Counted from the first letter of the stretch, positions 23,788 through 45,446 are shown. The stretch: 64,000 nt of DNA from the human T2T-CHM13v2.0 reference genome, Homo sapiens (GCF_009914755.1 NC_060939.1); one strand, 5' to 3'. Program-made: numbers and translations. The notes: a model not told the origin generated them from the sequence alone.

Positions 23788-24972
23788 AAAAATTAGAACA
23801 GAAATCAATGAAATTGAAAACAGAAAATAAAGAGAAAAAAATCAACAAAATCAAAAGATGATTCTTTGAAAAGATAATAAAATTAACAAACCTCTAGCCA
23901 GGCTAACCAAGAAAAAAACAAGACACAAATTATTAATGTCAAAAATTAGAGATGGGGCTCACTCCTGTAACCCCAGCACTTTGGGAGGCTGAGGCGGGCA
24001 ATTGCTTGAGTCCAGGAGTTCAAGACCAGCCTAGGCAACATGGGGAAACCCTGTCTCTACAAAATATAAAAATTGGCTGGGCTTGGTGGCGCATGCCTGT
24101 AGTGCCAGCTACTTGGGAGGCTTCGGTGGGAAGATCATCTGAGTTTGGGTCGGTCAAGGCTGCAGTGAGCCGTGATTGTGCCACTACACTCCAGCCTGGA
24201 CAGAATGAGCCCCAGTCTCAAAACAAAACAACAACAACAACAACAACAACAAACAGAGATAGGCCATCACTACTGATTCCATGAGCATCAACAAGATAAT
24301 AACGCAGGCTGGGTGTAGTGGCTCATGCCTGTAATCTCACCACTTTGGGAGGACGAAGCAGCCAGATCACTTTAGGTCAGGCGTTCGAGACCAGCCTGGC
24401 CAACACGGAGAAACCCCATCTCTACTAAAAATACAAAAATTAGGCTGGGCGCGGTGGCTCACGCCTGTAATCCCAGCACTTTGGGAGGCTGAGGCGGGCG
24501 GATCATGAGGTCAGGAGATCGAGACCATCCTGGCTAACGCGGTGAAACCCCGTCTCTACTAAAAATACAAAAAAAATTAGCCAGGCTTGGTGGCGGGCAC
24601 CTTTAGTCCCAGCTACTCGGGAGGCTGAGGCAGGAGAATGGCGTGAACCTGGGAGGCGGAGCTTGCAGTGAGCCGAGGTAGTGCCACCGGACTCCAGCCT
24701 GGGTGACAGAGCGAGACTCCATCTCAAAACAAAACAAAACAAAACAAAAAAAATTAGTGGGGCGTGGCGACAGGTGCCTGTAATCCCAGCTACTCGGGAG
24801 GCTGAGGCAGGAGGAGAATCACTTGAACCTGGGAGGCAGAGGTTCAGTGAACCGAGATCGTGCCACTGTACTCCAGCCTGGGCAACAGAGGTAGTGACTC
24901 CATTTCAAAAAAAAAAAAAAAAAAAAGGATAATAAAGGAATATTATGAAGAATTCTATGCCCACAAATTTGT
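23788..24972 (+). mobile_element. L1 ORF2 fragment (sense) split by Alus
   Basis: AAAATTAGAACAGAAATCAATGAAATTGAAAACAG...CTCTAGCCAGGCTAACC, resuming at ~24255 and ~24927. Confidence 0.75.
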
Positions 24973-25153
24973 CACACAGGCTAAAGTGCAGTGGTGCAAT
25001 CACAGCTCACTGCAGCCTCCACCTCCTGGGCTCAAGTGATCCTCTTGCCTCAGTTTCCTGAGAAGCTAGGATTTACAAGCATGTACCACCACACCTGGGT
25101 AAGTTTTTTTTATTTTTTGTAGAGACGGGGTCTTGCTATGTAGGCTAGGGTGA

Positions 25154-29440
<4,287 letters not shown>

Positions 29441-30088
29441 ATTATTCTCTTCATGTGCCTGGTTATTTCTGATTATATGATAGGCATTGTGTTTGAAAAA
29501 TATTTTTAGAAATAATTGGAGGTCTAGGGGTACGTTTTCCTTCTACAGAATGGATATACATTTGTTTCTGGAAGGCATCTAGGGGCTCTAGCAATCTGAG
29601 ATAATCAAACTAATTTTAGTGATTGAGATGACTCATATCTGAGCAGTTTCTGAGCAATGAATGGTCTGTTTTCAATTTATCTTGTAGAGTTTGGTCTTTT
29701 GAGGTCTCAACCCAAAAAGTGGAGAGTTTTCCAGGGTCCTTTTTGTGGGCCCGGGATTAAAACTTTATTTCTCATTTTATTTACTTATTTTTTCCTACCT
29801 CCTGGAATTACAAGGAATGGACTACAACTTTTAATCCCCAACCCTGTGAGGTTGTCAAAAGTGCTTCAGAGCATTTTATCAGCCTTATTTGGAATTGGCA
29901 ATTGCACCCAGAAGAGACATGCCCCCAAATGCTAGGCTTACTGTTCAGGGTTTTAGTCTTTCTTACATCTCATCCAAGTAATGTTTCATAATATTTTACT
30001 ATTCCAATGCCTTCAAGCTTTTCTAATTGTCTCCAGTGGTAAGATTGTTCCAAATTACCTAGTCTACCACTATGAGAAAGTAGCCTTC

Positions 30089-30225
30089 ATATATATATAT
30101 ATATACACACACACACATACATATACATATATATATACACATATATATACACACACATATATACACATATATACACACATATATATATACACACACACAC
30201 ACACATATATACATATATATATATA
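30089..30225. repeat. Compound (TA)n/(CA)n microsatellite at an AluY tail
   Basis: Seen directly. Confidence 0.95.
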
Positions 30226-31400
30226 TTTTTTTTTTGAGATGGAGTCTCGCTCTGTTGCCCAGGCTGGAGTGCAGTGATGCAATCTCAGCTCACTTCAAGC
30301 TCCACCTCCCAGGTTCATGCCATTCTTCTGCCTCAGCCTCCTGGGGAGCTGGGACTACAGGCGCCCGCCACCACGCCCAGCTAATTTTTGTATTTCTAGT
30401 AGAGACGGGGTTTCACCTTGTTAGCTGGGATGTTCTCCTGACCTCAGGATCTGCCTGCCTCGGCCTCCCAAAGTGCTGGGATTACAGGCGTGAGCCACCG
30501 TGCCTGGCCTATATTTTTTATTTTATTTTTTGAGACAGAGTCTCACTCTGTTGCCCAGGCTGGAGTGCAGTGGTGCATCTTGGCTCACTGCAACCTCCAC
30601 CTCCTGAGTTCAAGTGATTCTCTTGCCTCAGCCTCCCGAGTAGCTGGGATTACAGGCGTGCACCACCATGCCCACCTAATTTTCGTATATTTAGTAGAGA
30701 TGGGGTTTCACTATGTTGGCCAGGTTGGTCTCAAACTCCTGACCTCAGGTGATCCACCCACCTTGGCCTCCCAAAGTGCTGGGTTTACAGGCGTGAGCCA
30801 CCGCACCTGGCCTGCCTTAATTTTTGAAACGGTTTTTATCTTTTTCTTGTATGTATATCTGTAGTATTTTTACTCATATCTGAATAAATGTAAGAAAATT
30901 TGAATAAAATGAATTTCCCTGAACCAGCGATTAGCATTAAATTCAGGTAGTTTGGAGTCTTTAGGCTCTTTCTTGTTTCACTAGTTTGTGCCCTTTTGTT
31001 TTTAAATTCACCTTGTTGCTCTGTATGGTTTTTACAGAAGTTGGAAGATTAAAAACCAGGTTTCTACCATGTTCCTATAAGAATCTGAAGTCTCCCAATT
31101 TGTTACATAACCTCTGTATATTTTCAGGTTGCTGTATATGAATAAGCCTCTTTTTGGGTTCTGCATTCTGTTTTATGGGGCTTTTTGTCTATTTCTGCAC
31201 CAATACCAACTGTCTTGATAATTACACTTTTATAATGACTTATTTTTATTTTTTAATTTTTAAGAGATAGGGTCTCACTCTGTTGGCCAGGCTCCAGTGC
31301 AATGCTGCAATCATAGATCACTGCAGCCCTGAACTCAGGCTGTAGTGATCCTACTGCCTTGGCCTCCCAAAGTGCTGGAAATACAGGTGTGAGTCTGTGA

Positions 31401-31926
<526 letters not shown>

Positions 31927-32751
31927 CCAAAATAAAAAGAAATTGAATTTTAATAGGAACCATATTGAACCTGCAGATAAATTTAAAATCCTTATGAATA
32001 TTGAGTCTTCTCTTTCATGAACATGTTCTGTCTCTACATCTCTATCTCCTGTGTCTCTCCAAAATTTAGTAATTTTCTCCACAAAGTCCTTAGGTCTTTT
32101 AATAGATTTATCCCTAGGATCATATAATTATGTACTGTTGATGTTTATCTAGGCTGACATAAGTCAGAATTTTGAATGTGTATGTGAAGATGTATAACAT
32201 GACACAATGTTTTACCTTTTTTTGCACAATCCAGTTTGAGCTATTTCCTTGTAACTAATATAGGTAGAGTGTCAGAAAATGATTATGGAGTGGTCAAAGG
32301 CATCATCTTGAAGAGGAAGACTGGCGTATACTTCTGAGTGAACTGGACAATGGGGCAAAGCAGGAAACACGTAATCTGACTTGCAGTTTAAAAAGATGAC
32401 TGGAAGAATTGAGGCAGATGCATTCATTAGGATCCTAAACAAAGATGGTGGCAGTGTAGATAGAGAGGAGTACATGAATCTAAGAGTTATTTATACAGAG
32501 TAGGGATGTTGTGGTGACAATTATGACAGGAAGGAAGGAGTTAAAGATGATTCCCAGACTTCGGCTCTAATGACCAGCAGAATAGTCATACAGGAGGAAT
32601 AGAGTGGGGAGCTATGAAAAGATGAATTCTGCCTGGGACATGAGCTTTAAGTACGTAATGGACATTCAGATGATATGAAGATGTTGGCTACCTGAGCTTG
32701 GACCCCAGAGGAAATACACATACATATATTATATATATGTTTGTCGGTCAG

Positions 32752-32757
32752 TCTATC

Positions 32758-32809
<52 letters not shown>

Positions 32810-32856
32810 GTCTAATCTATCTGTCTATCTACCTACCTACCTACCTATCTATCTAT
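32752..32856. repeat. Compound (TCTA)n/(CCTA)n tetranucleotide STR
   Basis: About 12 perfect TCTA units followed by variant units. Confidence 0.95.
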
Positions 32857-33972
32857 GGCTGTCCAGGTGTAAGACTGCACACTAAGACTGTCTAAATGAG
32901 ATCACTAGGAAGAAAGTATAAGAGGAAAGGTAAGGTGCTGTGGCTCATGCTTGTAATCCCAGCACTTTGGGAGGCTGAGGTGTGTGGATCACCTGAGTTC
33001 AGGAGCTCAAGACCAGCCTGGCCAACATGGCGAAATCCTGTCTCTACAAAAATGCGAAAAAATTAGCCGAGTGTGGTGGTGCACACCTGTAGTTCCAGCT
33101 ACCCAGGAGGCTGAGGCAGGAGAATCGCCTGAGACTGGGAGACGGAGGTTGAAGTGAGCTGAGATTGCACCACTGCACTAGGGCCTGGGCAATAGAGCAA
33201 GAGAGCGAGACTCTGTCTCAAAAAAGGAAAAAAAAAAAGAAGACAAAACCTTGGTTATGGGCTGAGAGTTTACTGAAGGAGTCAGTGATAGACATTGAGA
33301 AACTCAGGAAAGAATGGTGTCACAAAAGCCTGCGAAGAAAGAATTTCAAAGAGGGAGGGATCAAAATCTCAAAAATATGCGAAAAGATCAAGTAATTTTT
33401 TTCCTTATTATTGAGCAATGTCCCTTGATTTGGCAACATGTAGGTTATTGTTGGCCTTAGTGGAAGCGGCCCTTATGAGGATTACAGCCCAACTGTGGGG
33501 TCATGAGGGCTGAATGCAAAGTGGTGAAATAGACAAACTTGCAACTGTTTCAGGCAGCTTGACTAATAAAAGTGGACTGAGAGGTTTTAATTTTATTTGT
33601 TTAAACATAGGAGAAGAAATGGATTCGAGCCCAGAAATAGCTGAGTTGCTAGCTTTATCTGTATGTCTGTATTTGGTGTCCGAGAGGAGGAAGATGTCTG
33701 ACGTGGGGCAGCCCAGGACAGTGGCTGAAGGCAGTAGGGGCTAGAGTTAGGTAGCTGAGTTAGGAGTCATATGCCCTGCAACTCCCCAGTGCTAATCGGG
33801 ACTCAGCGTAGCTGTGTAACCATATAGATGTCACTTAACCTTCCTATGTTTGTTTCCTTATCTGTCAAATGAGGATAATATTGATAGCACATTGGTTGGG
33901 ATGAGGATTAAATACATTAACATCCAGTAAAGTGCTTATAATAGTGCCTGACAGGTCGGGCTTGGTGGCTCA

Positions 33973-34318
<346 letters not shown>

Positions 34319-35303
34319 CTAGCTGGATCTCCACATCTATCTTCATTCAGATTTCTGACTCATGTGAGTCTAGATAAACACCAGCAGTTGAGTTCCTATG
34401 TTCAAATATCCTCTTTCATAATAGATCATCCAGACACTCAGACACACGCTCTCACTCACACACTCTGCAGCACACCAGCGAGCATGGCACCCCTTCCCAT
34501 CTGTGTCTGCCTGCCAGCTGCTCTTCCTCCTTTCCCACACACACTCCCTTTTTTGAGTGGCTTCCAAAACATCTCTTTCTAATTTGCTATAAAGAGTGAG
34601 CCATAAAGAATTTATTAAGTGATGAAAAAAATCACAGCTAAGTATCAGATTCTCCAGAGGAAATAAGATTAAAAAGAAATTCTGGAAAACAGTTGTTTTT
34701 GGAGAAGGGAATAGCATTGGGAAGGGGGATATTAATAATGTTTCATCTTTTTTGTTTAAAAAAAACAAATCTGAAGCAAATATGACTACTGAGATGCAAC
34801 AAAGCTGGGTGGTTACACTGTTTACTATTTTCTAGACTTTTCTGTTGTTTGAAACATTTGAAATCACTAAAAAATAGGAGTATTTACTGGGATAGTTTAG
34901 ACTAAACATGGGTGTGGTTAGAGTACAGTAATTACTGTGAAAAAAGCAAGGTTCCTGGACATTTAAATTTTTTTCTTTTTTTTGAAACATGGTCTCACCC
35001 TGTTGCTGAGGCTGGAGTTCAGTGGTGTGATCATGACTCATTGCAGCCTCAATCTTCCAGGCTGAAGTGATCCTTCTTTCTCAGCCTCCTGAGTAGCTGG
35101 GACTACAACCACACACCACCATTCTTAGCTAATCTTTTTAATTTTTAGTAGAAATCAGGTCTCACCATGTTGCCCAGGGTGGTCTTTAACTCCTGAGCTC
35201 AGGCAATCCTCCCACATCGGCCTCCCAAAGTGCTGGAATTAGAGGCATGAGCCACTGCACCTGACCCTGACATTTCGATTTTTAAAAATTTTGTTGAAAA
35301 ACG

Positions 35304-35304
<1 letters not shown>

Positions 35305-35349
<45 letters not shown>
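35305..35349. repeat. (CA)~22 microsatellite
   Basis: Perfect CA run. Confidence 0.97.
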
Positions 35350-35351
<2 letters not shown>

Positions 35352-35413
35352 GCTTCAAAGAGGATTTTTAAAAACAATGGTGGCTCGGCTAGAAAAGATA
35401 CTAATTTTCAACC

Positions 35414-35431
35414 TTTATTTCAAAGTTTATT
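35414..35431 (-). terminator. HEXA: HEXA distal poly(A) signals (two AATAAA)
   Basis: TTTATT at 35414-35419 and 35426-35431; upstream UGUA elements and a downstream (UG)n tract. Confidence 0.7.
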
Positions 35432-36063
35432 TATAAAGGAAATACAAATTTTGATAAACAAAGCACCCAATTCCTACTTATTTTTTTTCTTCGTGGAAAA
35501 AAAAGTATGTGACACATACTTGTCATGCCCTGTATTGATTAAGCTTACAAAAGATATTGACAGAAACTATACAAATCTAGATTTTAGAGTGCTAGGAATG
35601 TTGCCATAAGGTATGTGTACCTACATTAATACTAAATAAATTCCACCTACATCCTTTCTTTCACCCTTTCCCAGTATCATTTCAGCTTTCCTCACAGTCT
35701 CACTGTCCCAGAAGTCTAGGGGCAATGACTCTCCATCACTAGTGCTGTGGTGGCACCTGTGCTCCCACATCCTGATATCCTACCCCTACGGCAATCCTTT
35801 GAGAAGCACCTGAAAACACCAGTGACCTAGCTTTATTAGATTCCTCGAAGGGAAGGTACCTGGCATGCAGCCTCAGCTCCTACCAAGGAGAGGAGAGGTT
35901 GAAGACTCTCCCAGTCTCCATTCACTCCTTTGCTTTGATACCCGTTAGGCCTGCTTTGCCTCCTTAATAGACTCCTGGAATGGGAAGGGGTGGGGGTGGG
36001 GAGCGACTGGAGAACTCTTTTCCTAGGATGACTGGAGCCAGGAAGTCAGTCTGGAAACTTCCC

Positions 36064-36076
36064 CGCCCCCTGGTGG
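36064..36076 (-). promoter_or_regulatory. CTCF core motif in the HEXA extended 3'UTR
   Basis: Minus strand CCACCAGGGGGCG, identical to the canonical CTCF core. Confidence 0.6.
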
Positions 36077-37278
36077 TGCACAGCACACAAGATGGCCTGT
36101 GTTCCGCTCAGGGGTGGGACTTTCAATTTACAGCCTAGGTGAAGGGAGATGAGTTGGGGCAACAGCGATTCTGTTCATTGGAACAGACTGGGTGGTAACT
36201 GCAGGCCACTGCAGTTGACCTGTTGGCATTCGAGGTCTGACGACCTTCAGGTAAATGCTCTTATGATCAGTGGACCAAAGGAGCAACGGTGGAGGGTGAG
36301 GAACAGCACACTTTACCAATGAAAGTCGTGACCAGGCCACGTTAGTTTAGTGGTAAAAATAATAACATTAAAGAAAATGTTTACAACAGGAATAGAAAAT
36401 GACAGAACCCTACTGCTTTAACTCAAGTGTATCACGATCTCTGCCTTCATCCACTTGAGACTTAAAACTCAGTGTCTGCTATTTTTACTTAACATTATCC
36501 CAAGCAATAGTAACATGAAAGTTATGACCAGGAGGGAAGCAGGGTCGCACCTGTGCAGGGTCCTTGTCTGCGGACCACCCCTCCTACAAGCTTCTGGGTA
36601 ATAGAGGTAAGGGGGCTCCTGTGGTGGGTGCCAGTGCTGGGACCTTAACTTGTGTATCTGGGCTATAGCCCTGGACTTGGCTAGGCTGGGCTGTGTGAAA
36701 ATTCCAAGAATTCTGTTGGTAGAAAATGCCCACCCTGTCCTTACAGGAACAGCACAAGGCTAGGCTTGTCTACCTCCCACCAGGACCTCGAAGGAACATG
36801 ACCCAGGGGCTGAAGGATGGTGTTGAAGGACCGAGTTTTACTCAGATCCTTCTCAGCCCTGCCTTCCTGAAGTTTCTGTATCCACTACACTGGAAGCTTT
36901 CTGAAAAAAATGCCTGGAACCTGTCCATTGTTACCCCAGCCCAGGGCCCAGCCAAAGAACTTAACAAATAACCGCCAAGGAAATCCTCACCTAAAATGGC
37001 TGCGATGCATTACTGCCCCTGCCTCTGGCTTACAGTATCACTTCTGCATCTGAAACCAGGAGGGGGCAGTCTGGGTCCACGACGAGACATTTCCTTCTAG
37101 AGAAAATCACACCTGCAAAGACCCTCTCCAGAGCCACCGCCCACCTCCGCGCAGCCATCCATTCCCTGCGAAGATGCTTTGGGCTGAAAATGGTTGGGAG
37201 GAGGGGGATGGAAGTCGCCTACGTTATTTTGGAATTGACCAGGGCCTCTGAGTCCTTCAAATTCAACAATTTACCACA

Positions 37279-37895
<617 letters not shown>

Positions 37896-37927
37896 CCACT
37901 ACCACAGTGCCTAGAGAACAATATGTG

Positions 37928-37933
37928 TTTAAT
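37928..37933 (-). terminator. HEXA: HEXA intermediate poly(A) signal (ATTAAA)
   Basis: TTTAAT on plus in an AU-rich context, followed on the minus strand by GU/U-rich sequence. Confidence 0.6.
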
Positions 37934-38359
37934 AATATTTAAATAATGGTTGTATAAAATTGCAGCAGCAAGAAACCCAAAGGAGAATAGCTCTAGGGGA
38001 GGGAGGTGGATGAGTATGCATGGGGGAGAGGCTCTTTTGTGACCAGGTTGGGTCTGGAGCCCTCCCCACTGTCCAGAACACCTCCAAGCCCCTACATCTT
38101 TTTCCATATACCAACGCCTTGGAGATATAATGCAGAAGTGAAGTGAGCAGGCTGAGGATTAGGGCAGGTGTCTGGAATATGGTCAGGAGTGGGAGGGGAG
38201 TGACATAGCTCACAGGCAAGGCAGAACAGCACAAAGGCTATAGGTTTCATTCCCAGCCCTCAACTTAAAAGACCTCAGGGGCAGACACTGACTCCAGCCT
38301 GGCTGTGCCCTTACCCTAACGCCATTCACACTTTTTTTTTTAAACACAGGTAATCCATG

Positions 38360-38393
38360 TTTATTATAGAAAAATGCCACATTACTCTTTATT
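38360..38393 (-). terminator. HEXA: HEXA proximal poly(A) signals (two AATAAA)
   Basis: TTTATT on plus at 38360-38365 and 38388-38393, about 160-190 nt after the stop codon. Confidence 0.85.
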
Positions 38394-38551
38394 GAATGCG
38401 AGCGCCAGCACCGGCCCCTTTCTCTCCAAGCACAGGGGCACGCAGGCAAGGGGCACGAAGGCAAGGGGCTCCGTCCCCTGGCCAGGATGCAGTGGAAGCC
38501 TGGCTCCACTACCATTCACCTACAGCCAGCACCCTCCTCGGTGCCTGGGGC

Positions 38552-38615
38552 TCAGGTCTGTTCAAACTCCTGCTCACAGAAGCCTACATTGAGGGGTTGG
38601 GCCTGGACACCTCGC
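38552..38615 (-). CDS. HEXA: HEXA exon 14 coding part to the stop codon
   Basis: 64 bp, [20 protein letters not shown]; TGA at 38554-38552. Confidence 0.98.
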
Positions 38616-39519
38616 CTGCAAGAGGACATGAAGAAATGGCAAGATAAGCCCCTCAGAAGGGGCCCCAGCAACACTTTTCACACCAGTCAACAGTCTCTCC
38701 TTCCCCATTTCGGTGACTCTCAAACTGTCACTGTACACCAAATGCACCTGGGAATCTCAATTCCAGAGATTCTCACCTGGGGTGGGGCAAAGTATTGGCA
38801 AGAATCTGCAAGCTGAACAGGTGCCTCAGGTGATTCTGATACAGGTCTTGGAGATCCAGAAACGTTGGCGACATCTATTTATATCCTGCCCATCTCTGTA
38901 CCCTAACCCCAAATAACTCAATCCCTTTAGAATATAGATGGATGTCTGAAAGGCAGCCAATGCTCTTGGTCTACTTAGCCCTCTGTTCCTGACTCTAAAA
39001 TGCTGTAAATATGGTGGCACTGGGGGACTTAGGTGCTGTCCTGTCCATGAACATGGATGCGAAATCCTGTCCTTGGGTCTCAGTCTATAACCTGACCAAT
39101 CTCCTTAGGGGACCTCTAGGCATGCTTCCCTTATCATCCAAGTAAGCAACATGCTTAGAGAACCAGCTGGAAGTTACCCAGTGAATGACATAATTGAGGC
39201 TTAGACACCATCATGCTTGACTCTCAGCCCAGGACTCTGCTCTGCACTAGGCTATGTCCCCCAAGTACTCAAGACCTAGCCAACGAAGGAATCAGGGAAA
39301 TGACTATCTTACACAGGCACATCCCTGACAGAGGCAAAGGTGTCATGAGATCCTGTAAGTCAGCCTGGTTCAAATCCTGCTTCTTAGTGACTTTGGGCAA
39401 GGTCCTGAACTCTGTGCTTCAGTGTCTATCTCTAAAATGCACCTGTCTCATGGGGCTGTGGTGAAGACTAAATGAGACAATATTTGTAACAAACTTAGCA
39501 CAGTGTTTGCCACAAAATA

Positions 39520-39808
39520 CAGTTGTCCCTCAGTATCCACAGGGGATTTGTTTCAGGACCCCCGTGGATACCAAAATCCAAGGATGCTCAAGTCCCTTAT
39601 ATAAAAATGACATAGTATTTGCATATAACCAATGTACAACTTCCCATATACTTGAAATGATCTTAGATTACTTATACCTAATACAATATAAATGCTATGT
39701 AAATAGTTGTTATACAGTATTTTTTATTTGTACCATTTTTTGTTGTATTTTTTTTTTCCTGAATACTTTTTATCGCAGTTGGTTGAATCCGTGGATGAGG
39801 GCTGACTA
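39520..39808. mobile_element. MER2 (TcMar-Tigger) DNA transposon within a MIR, HEXA intron 13
   Basis: Starts CAGTTGTCCCTCAGTATCCAC...GGATACCAAAATCC and ends GTGGATGAGGGCTGACT; TA flanks. Confidence 0.8.
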
Positions 39809-39919
39809 TAAGCCTCTGTAAGTGTTAGCTATTGTTAATTATTGTCTTCCTCTCTCTAAGGGGTTCCCCAGCCCTGGATCTGGCCTGCTCCGCCTTGCGA
39901 AGGCCCCACAGCTTGCTTA

Positions 39920-40096
<177 letters not shown>

Positions 40097-40708
40097 CTAC
40101 CTCTTGTCTAGGCACCCTGGACTCACTCAGGCCAAAGGAAGTGATCAATACCTTGTTATGAGCCACAGCCAGGTTGGATGGCTCCCAGAGAGTTCTACGG
40201 CTCAGCTCCACCTTCATTAAAATGTGGGTAGCAATCCCACTCTCTTCCTCTCTCAAAGATACGGGAATAAGAATAAACCTTAAAGCCATCATTAACCACA
40301 ATGACAGTGGCAGCAGCAGAGGTCCTTAAAATGTAAACTTTGCACACCCAACCATACTTGGTAAGGCTGCAGTGAAAACAGCAGAGGGAAGCCTTATTAC
40401 AGGAATCATGGATGCTTGTGCTGGGTCTTGAGCAACTCACCTATGTTCTCCAGGCCTCATTATCTCTCTGGGAAGTAAGGTTAACAATCCCTATCCCACA
40501 TACCAAAGGGCAGCTGGAGGGATATAGACGGAAGTCATGTGGAGAGTGAATATTGCACACAAATCTTCAGAAGGCTCGTTGCACGGCCTGCTCTCTCTCA
40601 GGCCTGAAAGAAGGGTACTAGTCCAGAGGTGGCTAGATGGGATTGGGTCTCTAAGGGAGAACTCCTGCTCTCAGGCCCAACCCTCCACCTCCCCCCCGAA
40701 AACCCTTA

Positions 40709-40900
<192 letters not shown>

Positions 40901-41001
40901 TCATTTACTAACTGGAAATGTCTGGCCCAGACCTTCCTGCCTCCCATCCTGTGCCCCAACCCAGCCTCCTTTGGTTAGCAAGGAGAGCTCTCTGCTTTCA
41001 C

Positions 41002-41185
41002 CTTCAAATGCCAGGGGTTCCACTACGTAGAAATCCTTCCAGTCAGGGCCATAGGATATACGGTTCAGGTACCAGGGGGCAGAGAGAAGGGCCCGGAAGC
41101 CGGCCTTGGTGACCAGTTCCAGCTCCTTCATATAGTTCACTGGAATATCCTCTCGCCACACCTGTATGATTGTGTCTGGCTGAAT
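41002..41185 (-). CDS. HEXA: HEXA exon 11
   Basis: 184 bp, [61 protein letters not shown]. Confidence 0.98.
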
Positions 41186-41663
41186 CTGTTATAAAAGGTC
41201 AAATGGCAGTAAGGACACAAAGCTGAGGAGATTCCTGGGCCTTATTCATACACAGGCAACATGGGACAACAGGTATGTGCTCCCTCTGTTCCCCAGCAGC
41301 AAAGTATGTCTCTGTGACTCCTGACCATTGAGCTCACACCTCAGGACAGAGGCCAAGGAATCCAGGGCCCTAAGAGGCCTCCCTGCAGCTCTCCTCCCCG
41401 TCCCTCTGCAGCCTCCCTGTCCACACAGAGCTAGTAATACCAGCTGTGAGCTGAGGGAGGCAAGCAGTGGGACCCAGGAGCTGCCATGTCCAAAAGTCTC
41501 CAGATGTTTCTGGGGACGGGACAAGGTTCCTGAAGAGTCCTTGCATGTGACAGGAGACTGGGATCTTACTGATCAACAATAAAGGAGAAGGTAACCTTGG
41601 TCCCACAGACCCAGAAGACCCTCATCTATGATTTAGGAAGAAAAATCCAGCCTATCCAAGTAA

Positions 41664-42006
<343 letters not shown>

Positions 42007-42481
42007 AATTAAGTTTGTAGTGAGGGAAGATAGAAACTCTGACACATAAACCCAGGGCTCATACCACAGCGGCCTTTGGTTTTTTTGAGACAGGGTCTCA
42101 CTCTGTTGCCCAGGGTTGAGTGCAGAGGCACATCTTGGCTCACAGCAACCTCTGCCTCCTGGGCTCAAGCAGTACCCCAACCTCAGCCTCCTGATTTTTG
42201 TATTTTTTGTAGAGATGAGGGTTTTGCTATGTTGGCCAGGCTGGTCTTGAACTCCTAGGCTCAAGCAATCCCCCTGCCTTGGCCTACCAAAGTGCTTGGA
42301 TTACAGGCGTGAGCCACTGCACCCAGCACTCTGTGGCCTTTCTAGAGAGAAAAGGAGAGTGCTCCGACCATTAAAGCCCAATCCAAACCAGGAGGATCAG
42401 TCTCTGTAGAGGCAGGGAGGAGCTGGGGAGACCAGAGGGAGGCACTGCTGGTGGCTTCTTCTCTTCTCTGCCCCGGCTCAC

Positions 42482-42554
42482 CTTTACTTTATTATCAAAC
42501 ACCTCCTGCCACACCACATAGCCCTTGCCATAAGAAGAGACGATGTCCAGCAGC
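42482..42554 (-). CDS. HEXA: HEXA exon 10
   Basis: 73 bp, [24 protein letters not shown]. Confidence 0.98.
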
Positions 42555-42842
42555 CTGGAGAGGAGAGGAGTGTCTAGTAAGTGTCTGCTTAGCTCAGATG
42601 GGTTCTAGACTGTTTGTGCCAGTGCTCTAGGGGTTGAGCCTGGCCAGGGGCCTATTCCTCATTAAGCAGTGTCTTTCCCCTGGGCTGAAAACCAACCACT
42701 CCAAATCTGAAAGGATGGGACAAAGGACAAGGGAACCCTGCAGGGACCAGACAGTGGCCAAGCAGGGCCTGACTCGGTATGGAAAGGGAGGACCCCACAG
42801 GAGGACCCCCAAGGGACCCCACCCACCCTCCTTCCTTCCTCA

Positions 42843-42962
<120 letters not shown>

Positions 42963-43843
42963 TCAACATCCTGAAAGCCTAATGCCTGGGGATTAGTCAC
43001 CTGGCCCCCTATAACTTCCTCTTTTCACCTGAAAAATCAAATAAGCAAGGATCTCAGAAGCCCTACATGTGGAAAGTGTGGCCAAGCAAAGTTATGTGAA
43101 GCAGGTGGGCTGTTGACACAGGCTGAGAAAGGCTGAGTCTGGACCTGAAGAGTTTTAAGTTCAAACTCCCAAAGAGAAAACATATTAATCCTCTCTGGAC
43201 TGCAACATGAGAATCCAAGGTCTTAACTTGAAGCTCCAGCACACTGGATTTCGGCTTTCCTATCTGCTCTTCCAGTTGGATGACAAGCCTTGCTGTCTAA
43301 CACCTGCTGCAGATCCCTTGCGTTATGACGTCCACATTTTGCTCACATTGTTCTCCTTCTGGAATATTTTCCCCTGCTCACATCTCCAAAAAGCCAAATT
43401 GATTTCCCCAGATTCAGCTCTAGCGCCCTCTTCTCAAAGAAGCCCCTCAGCCTCTTTTGAGCTTACTAGAACCAAGGGTTTGGACTTTACAACTGAATAC
43501 TAATTAGACATTGTCACCTATTAGTCTTGAATTCTGTGTCTTGACTCTTCAACTAGACAATTTTAAGCCTTCATAAACAGGGATTATTTTTCTCTATCCC
43601 GAACTTTTCCAAGACAATTCTGTGCCCAGGGCTGTTTTTTCTATCAATACCTCAAGGATATGAGAGTAGGAAGGAAGAGGTTCACAGTGAAAGCCTTGCC
43701 AAAATCAGGTAGGATCTCTACGTAGATGGGCAGAGGAAGGCCTAAGACCTGAGCAATGTGAGCCCATACAGACCCCTGAGAGCAGCAGCTGAGCTAAGCA
43801 GCCCCTCGGGTGCTAACTTCTATTCTGAGTAAGCAACTGATCA

Positions 43844-44176
<333 letters not shown>

Positions 44177-44482
44177 TTAGGTAGGCACACTTAGGCACTC
44201 ACAGACACTGGTAGTCACCACCATTTAGTCACAGTAAAAAGATACAAATATATCCACAATCATAGGCAGAGGCTAAGTTCCAGCCAGACAACTGTCAGTG
44301 CGCACACTCTTGCCTGGACACACTGCTTCTAGCAGGTGCTACCCTTGCTCCCAAGGCTGCTCTCCTCACAGGCCTTGAGGCAGAGAGAGAGCCTAATCCA
44401 GCCAAACTGGCAAAATCTTTCTTCTCTATCTCCTCCTGTAGGTGGGGTCAACCATCACCCAGAATCTTTTTACATTTGCTAA

Positions 44483-44938
<456 letters not shown>

Positions 44939-45313
44939 TGAGGGTATACAGAAGAAAGGGAGCAGGGGTACTGACTGACTCTGACCTCTGCAGGCTGCCC
45001 TTGGGCTTCTTTCTTTCAGATTCTACCCTGGTGGTCAGATTCCTCAGCATCCACTCTAGGCACAACTACCTGCAACGGCATCTGAGAAAAATGTGCCCTT
45101 ACATAGTCTAACAGTACATATTTTAATAGTAAGAAGCAGCCTCCATTGTCCAAAGTGAGTTCTTCCTATCTAAATTCCCAGGTGGAAGAAGTCGATGGAA
45201 AACATTCTTCTAAGGACCAAGGCTGGGATATGCCACTTCCATGAGCCAGTGCCCTGAAGCTTCACTCTGAGCATAACAAGCAGAGTCCCTCTGGTCCCAG
45301 ACATCATTCTTAC

Positions 45314-45446
45314 CTGGTCCCCAGGACAAAGTGTGGCCAGGAGTGTCAAACTCTGCAAGCACACGGATACCCCGGAGCCGTGCGTATTCAATGACCTCCT
45401 TCACATCCTGTGCTGTGTAGATGTGGGTGACAGGGTTGTAGGACCC
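45314..45446 (-). CDS. HEXA: HEXA exon 7
   Basis: 133 bp, [44 protein letters not shown](G). Confidence 0.98.

Noticed and set aside
29981-30282. Tyr/Ile/His/Thr-repeat ORFs
   Set aside because: Translations of the TA/CA microsatellite.
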